From: Squalus acanthias
Taxonomy: Eukaryota
DNA: 64,000 nucleotides
Direction of reading: 5' to 3'
Assembly: GCA_030390025.1 (NCBI GenBank)
Contig: CM059449.1
Span: 14,942,001 to 15,006,000, forward strand
In this document: in pieces, positions 12,845-23,781 of the stretch
Numbering within the stretch: position 1 is the stretch's first letter
How the letters are laid out: every line of letters starts with the position of its first letter
Program-made: the position numbers and the translations under genes
The notes under the pieces: model-generated
Told to the model about the DNA's origin: nothing
Databases searched by the model: none
What the model saw: only the letters and a program-made list of their open reading frames with translations

Positions 12845-13329
12845 AGTCGAATTAATAAAAATAGAGGACACCTCCAGACAAACAGCCGCGTGGAACCAGT
12901 GTGCTCCCGACGTTACTGAAGGCAGCGCTTAGCAATTCTGCAAACTCTGCTGAATACAAAGTTGTGGCTGCAGATGTCCTCGTTCCCGGGCACCAATGGA
13001 GCCGCACAGGCAGCCAACCACTATTTGGAACGTCACTGATACACTGACAAAGCTTTTCTGTCCGTTGGGTCTCGTGATTTTCCGGTAAACCAGCCATTAG
13101 GTGGCAGAGGGCCATGTTAAATTCCGCCCCTATTTCCGACAAACACACAAAAGAATAACGGTTGTATGCGAATATTAGGGTAGGGAAGCTTATTGGTAAA
13201 TTCTGTTATTTTAAAGAGTCCATTATGTTTGCAAAGACAAGGGCCTAGAAATTCCTCTCGGATGGTGGCGCAGAACGGGCGGTATCAGATCGGCCACGCG
13301 GCACCTGATATTCAATTCCGTTGCAGTCA

Positions 13330-14040
13330 AGGGCCCCAAACACTCCTTCCAGGTGAAACATTGATTTACTTGCACTTCTTTCAAACTATTAAACTTTATT
13401 TGCTGCTCACAATGCAGTTTCCTCTACATTGGGGAGTCCAAACGCAGATTGGGTGATCACTTTGCAGAACACCTCTGTTCAGTCCGTAAGTGTGATCCCG
13501 AGCTTCTGGTCACCTGTCACTTTAATTCTCCGCTCCACTCCCCCTCTGACGTCTCTGTCCTCGGCTTCCTACACTATTCCAATGAAACTCAGTATAAGCT
13601 CAAGGAACAGCACCTCATCTTTCGATTAGGCACTTTACAGCCTTCTGGAATCAACAATGAGTTCAACAATTTCAGATCATAACCTCTGTCCCCATTTTTT
13701 CCGATGGCAGCAGTTGATGATTCTGCTATTCCCATTTACACCTATCCTAGAACCATATTTTGTTTCTTTACTCGTCCCATTACCATCTCCTTTCGCTTTG
13801 CACCATCATCCCTTTTGTCATTTAATCTCTCCTGCCCTCCACCCTATCACAGACCTTCCCTTTTGTTCTTTGCTCCCCTCTCCCCTTTCCCTGCCTCTGT
13901 CCGTGCTTAAAATCGATTACATCTCCAGCTTTTTCCAGTTCTGATGAAAGGTCATCGACCTGAAACGTTAACTCAGTTTCTCTCTTCACTGATGCTGCCT
14001 GACCTGCTGAGTATTTCCAGCATTTTCTGTTTTTATTTAA
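13330..14040 (+). mobile_element. Penelope-like element 3' portion (GIY-YIG endonuclease end plus tail)
   Basis: Frame reads CSQCSFLYIGESKRRLGDHFAEHLCSV...KLKEQHLIFRLGTLQPSGIN. Tail copies also at ~40700-40945 (-) and ~54852-55110 (-). Confidence 0.85.
13937..13973 (+). ncRNA. Minimal type I hammerhead ribozyme motif in the Penelope tail
   Basis: AGTT-CTGATGA-A-[AGGTC-ATC-GACCT]-GAA-ACGT-T-AACT: core boxes, 5-bp stem II, palindromic ACGT stem III, AGTT/AACT stem I. Confidence 0.65.
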
Positions 14041-14162
14041 CATTATATTTCATATCACATAATCTGATATTTAATTAGTATCAGGATAACATCCCTAAAG
14101 TCACAACGTATTTATATTTAATTGAGTATTGACGTATTTAGTTAATGCACATTTGATACCCT

Positions 14163-17100
14163 TGTGGCGGATCGCCACCTAAAACGGGCATAATCCACTC
14201 TTCCGTCTGTGGACAAATTTCCAGCCCCTTCCCTTTAAGGCAGAAGGGGGCGGGGCCTCAGGTTTTACCCAGAGAATTCTGGGAGTTTACCCAGAGAATT
14301 CTGGGAGCAGCTTTCTCAGACATTTTGTTTTGACATGCAGTGAATAAAAGCTTCCTGTTTTCCACATATGGATTCAGCCTCCATTCGTGTTTCGCGGCAG
14401 CCTCAACATTGGTGACCCCGACGCTCAGAACGTATTCCGAGCACTGCAATGGTGGACACGAACGCAGTTTCCGTGAAACTGCCGGAGTTTTGGGAAAACC
14501 AGCCCGAAGCCTGGTTTCTCCAAGCTGAATCTCGCTTCCGGCTGCGAAATATCACCACAGAGGGGACGAAGTACGACTACCTCGTCACATCACTCAGCAG
14601 CATCACAGTTTCCAAGGTTTGGACAACGCTGCAGAACCCACCAGAGGAAGGCAAGTACGCACATCTCAGAACAGCGCTCCTTAAAAAATTTACGGCCTCG
14701 GCATATCAGCGAAACTGCCACCTCCTCGACCTTCCAGGCCTCGGTGATGCCTCACCATCAGACCTCCTCTCCCACATGCTCTCCCTCACCGACGAGAGCC
14801 CACCCGGATCCCTCTTCCGCACGCTGTTCATCCGCCAGCTCCCTCTCAGCATCCGCCCAGCGATCGTGGCGTCCGGCCTCACGAACCTGGAAGCCCTGGC
14901 CGATGAGGCCGACAAGCTGCTGTCCGCTCACTCCAGCCGTGACATCACTCCGGACCTGGCAGCCAATGCCTGGGCGCGCCCCTCACCATCCAGCCCGCGG
15001 CCACAAGGGCCTGTCACCAGGCCCACGGGGCCTTCACACCCCACTAACCCGGGCCACTGTTACTACCATGCACGGTTCGGCGCCAGGGCACAACGGTGCA
15101 CACCTCCTTGCTCTTTCAAGTCCGCCCCCGTTCCAGCCCCCGCGATGGCTGTGGGCCACACGGGCTCCCTGCTGTTCGTCACGGATGACAAAACCGGCCG
15201 CCGGTTCCTGTGTGACACTAGGGCTCAGCACAGCATCATCCCCGCCTCCTCCCTCGAAATCCAAAAGGGCGAACGAGGACCGGCGCTGGCTGCTGCTAAC
15301 GGCTCGGAAATCTGGACGTATGGCACCCGGACAGTCACCCTCGACCTCGCTGGTCACCGCTACTGATGGGAGTTCATCACTGCCAAGGTGCTCTCCCCCC
15401 TCATCGGCGCAGATTTACTGTGTGCCCACGGCTTACTGGTAGACATCCCTCGTCACCGCCTCGTGGACATGAACACCATGTCCCCCATCCTGGGTGCCAT
15501 GGCCCCCCGTCAACCCGCCGACATGGCGTCACAGTGCCATGCCCGGGCCACGGATGACTACTCGGCACTCCTGGCCGAATTCCCAGCCCTTACCAATCCG
15601 ACCTTCTCCGCGGAGGCCGCCAAACACAGGGTGGAACACTTCATCCCCACCACAGGCCCCCCAGTGTACACCCACGCCCGCAGGCTGGACCCGGCCAAAC
15701 TGGAGATCGCGCGGACCGAATTTGCCACCATGGAACAGCTCGGCATCATCCGCCGCTCCAACAGTCCCTGGGCCTCCCCACTCCACATCGCCCCCAAACC
15801 AGGCGGGGGTTAGCGCCCCTGCGGGGATTACCGCCGCCTCAATGACGCCACCACCCCTGATTGGTACACCGTGCCGCACATTCAGGACTTCTCGACTAGA
15901 CTGGCCGGCCGCTCAGTCTTTTCCAAGGTCGACCTGGTGCGCGGCTACCACCAAGTCCCCGTCCACCCCGCAGACGTCCCCAAGACGGCCGTAATCACCC
16001 CTTCGGCCTGTTCGAGTTCCTGCAGATGCCCTTCGGCCTCAAAAACGCGGCCCAGGCATTCCAACGGCTCATGGACTCGGTCCTTCGGGACCTGAAGTTC
16101 CTGTTCGTCTAACTGGACGACATCCTGGTAGCCAGTTCCTCCAAGCAGGAACACCTTGAACACCTTCGCATCCTGTTCGGACGCCTCAGCGACCACGGGC
16201 TCATCCTCAGCCCAGCCAAATGCCAGTTCGGCCTGGACAAGATCGACTTCCTCGGCCACCACATCACTCATGCTGGGGCCATTCCCCTGCCCACCAAGGT
16301 GCAGGCCGTCCAACAATTTCCTCGCCCCACCACCATCAAAGGCCTCCAGGAGTTCCTCAGGATGGTGAATTTCTATAACCGCTTCATCCCCAAAGCGGAG
16401 TCCCTCATGAGGCCTCTGTATGAAGCCCTCCAGGGCAGGAGCGGCAAGATGGCGGTCGAATGGACGGCAGATGCGTCCGCCGCCTTCGATTCCACCAAGA
16501 CCGCGCTCGCCAACGCCACCCTGCTCGTGCACCCACGGCCCAATGCCAGGGTAGCGCTCACCACGGATGCCTCCGACCACGCGGTCGGCGCCGTGTATGA
16601 GCAGTGGGTCGACAGCGCCTGGCAACCACTTGCCTTCTTCAGCCGCCAACTACGCCCCCCCGGAGGTCAAGTACAGCACCTTCGACCGCGAGCTCCTCGC
16701 GCTGTTCCTGGCGGTCCGCCATTTCCGGTTTTTTGCTTGAGGGCCACCCCTTCACTGCGTTTGTCGACCACAAGCCCCTGACATTCGCAATGGCAAAGAC
16801 AACCCACCCCTGGTTCGCCAGGCAGCAGCGCCAGCTCGCGGCAGTGTCCGAATTCACCACGGACATCCAACACGTCTCCGGCCGAGACAATGTGGTAGCC
16901 GACTGCCTCTCCTGCCCCGCCATCCACGCCGCACACCTAGCAGTCGACTATGCTCAACTTGAAGCAGACCAGATCACCGACCCGGATCTGCTCTCCGCAC
17001 CCACCAACCTACCAGGGCTACGCCTGACCGACGTCGCCTGTGGCCCGACCGCAGTCACGGTCAAGTGCGATTTATCCCTATGTCAACCTCGGCCCGTCGT

Positions 17101-18527
17101 CCCAGCGTCCTGGCGCCGCCGGATATTCGACATTCTCCACAACCTCTCCCACCCCGGCGCCCGCGCATCCATCAAATTGGTAGCCAACCGCTTTGTCTGG
17201 CGCGGCCTTCGCAAGGATGTGCTTACTTGGGCCAACTCCTGCCTATCCTGTCAACGTGCCAAGGTACAGCAACACACGAAAGCACCCCTCGAGGAGTTTA
17301 CCGTCCCCTCGCGGAGATTCGACCACATCCACGTGGACATCGTCGGGCCCCTGCCGCCATCGCAAGGCCACACGCACTTGCTGACCATTGTTGACCGCAC
17401 CACACGCTGGCCTGAGGCAATTCCACTGACCTCTACCACCACCGCCGACATCGCCAGAGCCTTCGTCAGCACCTGGGTCGCACGGTTCGGCGTCCCCTCC
17501 GACATGACGTCGGACAGAGGTCCGCAATTTACCTCTGAACTCTGGACCGCCGTTGCACGCAATCTCGGGGTGACCATCCACCGCACCACAGCGTACCACC
17601 CCCAAGCCAACGGACTGTGTGAGCGGTTCCACAGATCCTTGAAGGCATCTCTTTGAGCCAGCCTCCAAGATGGTGCCTGGACTGACCGACTTCCGCGGGT
17701 CCTCCTTGGCCTGTGCACCGCGGTTAAAGAAGACCTCCACGCATCGGCAGCAGAGCTCGTGTACGGTCAGCCGCTGCGCGTACCCGGCGAGTTCCTGCCC
17801 ACCGCCACGACACCCTGGTCAGCCGACCAGAACGCCACAACTTCGCCTCACTGGCGCTGCAGTTCACCCCGGTGCCCATTGCCCGACACGGTGAATCCAT
17901 GTCACACGTCCCACTAAGCCTGCACCAGGCACGGTTTGTTTTCATCCGGCACGACGCCCACCGCGGACCCCTTCAACCCCCGTATGACGGGCCCTACAAG
18001 GTGCTACAGGCTGGGGACAAATTTTTCACCCTGCAAGTGGGCGACAGGACCGAAAAAGTGTCGGTGGACCGACTCAAGCCAGCACACTCGGAGCCCGGGG
18101 AGCAGGTCCCTGTAGCTCGTCCACCTCCACGCGGCCGACCTGCCCTCAAGCCGGTTCACCCGGCTGCTCCACGCCCGGCCGTCCCACGTCCACCGGCGTC
18201 CTACAAGAGCCGCTCCGGCCGGCCCATCAGACCGCCGCACCGTCTCGTCCACACCTCCTAAGCGGATTCTGGGGGGAGCTGTGTGGCGGATCGCCACCTA
18301 AAACGGGCATAATCCACTCTTCCATCTGTGGACAAATTTCCAGCCCCTTCCCTTTAAGGCAGAAGGGGGCGGGGCCTCAGGTTTTACCCAGAGAATTCTG
18401 GGAGTTTACCCAGTGAATTCTGGGAGCAGCTTTCTCAGACATTTTGTTTTGCCATGCAGTGAATAAAAGCTTCTTGTTTTCCACAAATGGATTCAGCCTC
18501 CATTCGTGTTTCGCGGCAGCCTCAACA
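14163..18527 (+). mobile_element. Full-length Ty3/Gypsy LTR retrotransposon, CsRn1/Kabuki/Boudicca lineage, copy A (inactivated)
   Basis: TG..CA 246-bp LTRs at 14163-14408 and 18282-18527 (5 mismatches by eye); TSD CCCT at 14159-62 and 18528-31; PBS TGGTGACCCCGACG at 14410 (tRNA-Trp); PPT at 18271-18281. gag has CYYHARFGARAQRCTPPC, followed by PR, RT, RH and IN (HHCC, DDE, GPY). Confidence 0.95.
14449..18261 (+). pseudogene. gag-pol of Gypsy copy A, disrupted
   Basis: Stops at 15364-66 and 15811-13, RT YLDD changed to *LDD, protease DTG changed to DTR, and several frameshifts. Confidence 0.9.
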
Positions 18528-19924
18528 CCCTAATATTAATGATGTAATTAAAAGTGGCCTTTCACTACTGGAACCTAGATTCAAACGCAACCCGCCTAAT
18601 GGCACGATCACCTCATCTATCACCTGGCTGTAAGCATTCTATGCAACATTTAGGTACCGGTGGTCAGGGGCCAGTAGCAGAAGTATGCCCAAAATCAGCA
18701 CACCATATTTTTTGTAACAATATAGAGCGGAATTGACACTGGTGGAACAAATCGATTAAAATATGTATGGGCTGGAAGATTTGTCATCATCTATATAAGG
18801 AGAGGTAAGAACACGACTTTCTACAGCGAGCAATGGAACTAAGTGACTGCATGTAAAATGTGAAAAGAATAAAATTAGGTTGCAGTGGGATCTCCCGGTC
18901 CATGTTCTTGTGCCGATAAGCTGTGCATAGACTTTGTAGTTAATAAGTAACATCTTCTTAATATTAAACCAATCTGTTGCATTTTATTCAATATACACGA
19001 TGTCATCCTGAAGTTGATATACGTTTGAAATGATGACCACCACACAGGCAATAGTCACATTTTTCCATTAAATTGGGGCTTCCCAAAATAATAGGGTCCC
19101 GCCCTCACCCGACGTGAGCATTGGTGCCCTTTTCACTAGAGGTCATCCGGTAGCCACCAGGAGTGTCAGATTTAGCATATTGCTCATTCCTCGTCCGGGG
19201 TTTCCAACATCAATTATAGTGACACTTGTTCATCCGGCACAGAGCGGGGCTCCAAACAGGGAATTTATAGCCCGGATGGCTCAATATATCTCGATCTTTG
19301 TCCAAAGGAAGATTCCAATAATTCCGGTCATTTCCAATGCGTTGTCAAAAGCGAGAAGACAGTCAGCACACTGAATGCTGCTCACGTGGTGGTTAAACCA
19401 TGACTTTCATGTGATTGTTATACAGTTCTTTTAAAGTCAATCGGCACTGCAAATTGTCACTCTGAAACAGACAATTGTCACTTAAATGCAAGCATAACAT
19501 TAATAGTCCGATATTGGCATTCTGTATTGGGTTTGTTTTCTGCGTCGCTGATCTGAAGGGTTTGAAGTAGAGGCTCAGCAGTGAACTACAGTCCGAAATA
19601 AAGCTTTGCCAACATGAAATTCCACAACAGATATTGTAGAGTCTTGCTCCAAGCATTTCCCTCCGTGATATTTAGAACACATTTCATTCGACTCCAAATA
19701 AACATAACAGAACTTCAATTAAAACAGAACGCTCTCTAAATATGATACTATTAGGCTGTCAGCGGTCTATGTTATTAAGCAGCAAATCGGACACCAACTT
19801 CCGGCGACCGCACAGGCGCAGTTAAAGCGGAAATTGGAAACTTGCTGTCCGAGTTTTCCTTCTCCGACTGTTTGCTATAACAGGGCCTCGCCGAGAGACT
19901 CGGCGTTCACGTACATTGTCGTAA

Positions 19925-22900
19925 AAAGCGATCTGGTTCAATAAATTCCTTTAGGCTCGAAGAGTGGTGTGGGAGGAAGGGGTTTCAGTTCATGGGGCAC
20001 TGGCACCGGTACTGGGGAAAGAGGGAGCTGTTCCGTTGGGACGGGCTCCACTCAAACCGGGCTGGGACCAGTGTCCCAGCGAACTGAATAACTAGGGCAG
20101 TAGACAGGGCTTTAAACTAATGAAGGGGGGGGGGGGGGGTTGTGGGAGGATTCAGGAAAGAGTACATTTAAAAGCAATGAGAGAAATGTCAAGGTTCTAG
20201 AGCAGAGTAGAGTTTTGGGTAAAAATAAGCAGAGTGGGTCAGGAAGGGGCAGAGAGTGACAAAGGTAATAAGGCATCAGTGACTAAGATGACATCAGGGA
20301 AAAAGAGAAATAAGTCAAAGGTGAAGGCACTATATCTGAATGCGCAAAGCATTTGCAACAAAATAGATGAATTAATAGCGCAGATAGAAATTAACAGGTT
20401 TGATCTGATAGCCATAATGGAGACGTAGTTTCGAAGTGGCCAAGGTTGGGAACTAAATATTCCAGGATACATAGCTTTTAGAAAGGATAGGCAAAACGGA
20501 AAAGGAGGAGGGGTAGCCCTGATATTAAAGGATGGGATAAAGACAGCAGAGAGAATGTATCTTAGCTCTGAAAATCAAGAAGTAGAATCAGTTTGGGTGG
20601 AGATAAACAACAACAAGGGGCAGAAAACATTGTTGGGAATTGTTTATAGGCCCCTAAACAATAGTTGTAATGTAGGGCAGAGTATAAATCAGGAAGTTAT
20701 AGGCACATGTAACAAGGGTAATACAGTAATCATGGGCGACTTTGATCTAAATATAGAGTGGGCAAACCAAATTTGCAGTAATAGTGTGGAGGACGATTTC
20801 ATGGAATGTATGCAAGATAGTTTTCTAGATCAGCATGTTAAGGAACCAACTAGGGAAGAGGCTATTTTAGGTCTAGAACTGTGCAACGAGCAAGGGTTAA
20901 TTAATAACCTTGTCGTAAAGGGGCCTTTAGGGAAGAGTGACCGTAATATGGTAGAATTTTATATTGAGTTTGAAAGTGACTTAGTTAAATCCGAAACTAG
21001 TGTCTTAAATCAAACAAAGCAAACTACATAGGTATGAGGGGCGAGTTGGCTAAGGTAGATTGGGAAACTACATTAAAATGTATGACTGTGGACGAGCAAT
21101 GGCTAGCATTTAAAGAATTAATACATAATTTACAACAGATATACATTCCTTTAAGGCACAAAAACCCCACAGGAAAAGTGGTCCAACCGTGGCTAACAAG
21201 AGAATTTAAAGATAGTATTAGATCAAAGGAAGAGGCTTATAATGCTGCCAAAAAGAATAGTATGCCTGAGGATTGGGAGAATTTTAGAATTCAGCAAAGG
21301 AGGACCAAGAAATTGATACAGAAAGGGAAAATATAATATGGGAGTAAACTAGCGAGAGACATAAAAACAGACTGTAAAAGCTTCCATAAGTAAGTAAAAG
21401 GAAAAGATTAGTGAAAGTAAATTGGGTCTCTTACAGGCTGAGACAGGAGAAATTATAATGGGGAATAAGGAAATGGCAGGGAAATTAAACAAATATAAGT
21501 GTCTGTCTTCATGGAAATAGACACAAACAATTTCCTGGAAATAGTGGAAAACCAAACGTCTAGCGAGAATGAGGAACTGAAAGATATTAGTATTAATAAA
21601 AATGTAGTACTGGAGAAATTAATGGGACTGAAAGCCACTAAATCCCTTGGACCTGATGGCCTACATTCTAGGGTTTTGAAAGAGTTGGCTATACAGGTAG
21701 TGGATGAATTGGTTGTCATTTTCTGAAATTCCATAGATTCTAGAACGGTTCCTGCGGATTGGAAGGTAGGAAATGTAACCACACTATTTAAGAAAGGTGG
21801 GAGAGAGAAAATAGGGAACTACAGACCAGTTAGCCTGACATCAGTAGTAGGGAAAATGCTAGAATCTATTATTAAAGACGTGGTAATAGGGCACTTAGAA
21901 AATAATAATAGGATTGGGCAGAGTCAACACGGATTTATGAAAGGAAAATCGTGTTTGAGAAATTTATTAGAGTTTTTTGAGGTTGTATCTAGCAGACTAG
22001 ATAAGGTGGGACCAGTGGACGTGGTGTATTTGGATTATCAGAAGGCATTCAAGAAGGTGCAACACAAGAGGTTATAAACAAAATTAGGGCTCATGGGATT
22101 GGCAGTAATATACAAGGATGGACTGAGAATTGGTTAACGGACAGAAAACAGAGAGTAGGAATAAACGGGTCATTTTCGGGTTCGCAAGCTGTAACTAGTG
22201 GGGTACCACAAGGATCAATGCTTGGGCCTCAGCTATTCACAATCTACATCAATGATTTGGATGAGGGTCCAAATGTAATATATCAAAGTTTGCTGATGAT
22301 ACAAAGCTGGGCGGGAATGTAAGTTATGAGGAGGATGCAAGGAAGCTTCAAGGGGATATAGACAGGTTAAATGAATGGGCAAGAACATGACAAATGGAAT
22401 ATAATGTGGAGAAATGTGAAGTTATCCACATAGTAGGAAAAACAGAAAAGCAGAGTATTTTTTAAATGGTGAGAGATTGGGAAATGTTGGTGTTCAGAGG
22501 GACCAGGATGTCCGTGTATACGAAAGTTAACATGCAGGTACAGCATGAAACTAAGAAAGCAAATGTCGGCCGTTATTACACGATGATTTGAGTATAAGAG
22601 TAAAGACCTCTTTCTGCAATTATATAGGGCCCTGGTGAGGCCAGACCTGGAGTATTGTGTACAGTTTTCGTCTCCTTAACTAAGGAAGGATATACTTGCC
22701 ATACAGGGAATGCAACGAAGGTTCACCAGACTCGTTCCTGGGTCGGGGGGATTGTCCTATGAGGACAGATTGAGTAGACTAGGCCTATATTCTCTGGAGT
22801 TTAGAAGAATGAGAGGTGATCTCATTGAAACATACAACATTCTTACAGGGCTTGACAGGGTAGAACGAGGGATGGATGTTTCCCCTGGCTGGGGAGTCTA

Positions 22901-23214
22901 GAACTAGGGGTCACAGTCTCAGAACATAAGGTCGGCCATTTAGGACTGAGATGAGGAGAAATTTCTTCACTCAGAGGGTGGTGAATCTTTGGAATTCTCT
23001 ACCCCCAGAGGACAGCGGAGGCTCAGTCGTTGAGTATATTCAAGACAGAGATCGATAGATTTTTGAATATCAAGGGTGTGAAGGGATATGGGTATAGTTC
23101 AGGAAAGTGGAGATGAGGTAGAAGATCAGCCATGATCGTATTGAATGGCGGAGTAGGCTGGAAGGGCCAAATGGCTTACTGCTGCTCCTATTTCTTATGT
23201 TCTTATGTTCTTAT
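19925..23214 (+). mobile_element. Long CR1 LINE (end of ORF1 esterase-like region and decayed APE-RT ORF2)
   Basis: RELFRWDGLH ORF1 motif near 20020; LYLNAQSI...IAIMET, IMGDF, QHGFMKGKSC; TTCTTATG-repeat tail. Confidence 0.92.
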
Positions 23215-23781
23215 GAAATCTGCCGTCCTTACCCGGTCTGGCCTACATGTGACTGCAGGCCCACAGCAATGTGGTTGACTCTTAACTGCCCCTCTGAAAT
23301 GGCCTAGCAAGCCACTCAGCTATATTCAAGAAGACGGCTCACCACCACCTTCTCGAGGGCAATTTGAGATGGGCAATAAATGGTGGCCTTGCCAGCGATG
23401 CCCACATCCCAGGAACGAATAAAAAAAAATACATGCAACGACGTGAAGCTGTGGTACTTACCCACTCCATCTCTCGTTTAAGGTTTCCAGTTCTAAGTAT
23501 TATTAATAATCAACAAATATCTCCAAATTGCATGATTAAATTGCATTTTGTGAAGCAAAGCACTCTGGTGGATTGCGGATTTGATGCAGCCGATTCTCGT
23601 TTCTTCATTTACCGGTTTCTGCCGGACGGTACCGATCGGAAATGCAGCGGGATTGGACCCTACGCACTTAACGTCGTTTCCCGGAGGCCAGAGTGATTAT
23701 CCAGTGGCAGGGAGCTCAGGATATGGATATGGCGCTGTCCTTAGATGGGCACAGAGGACTGGATTTATCGTGGGATGACTT

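Noticed and set aside
14706-18297. Many long overlapping and antisense ORFs here and in 43561-47510
   Set aside because: These are shadow frames of GC-rich gag-pol sequence.
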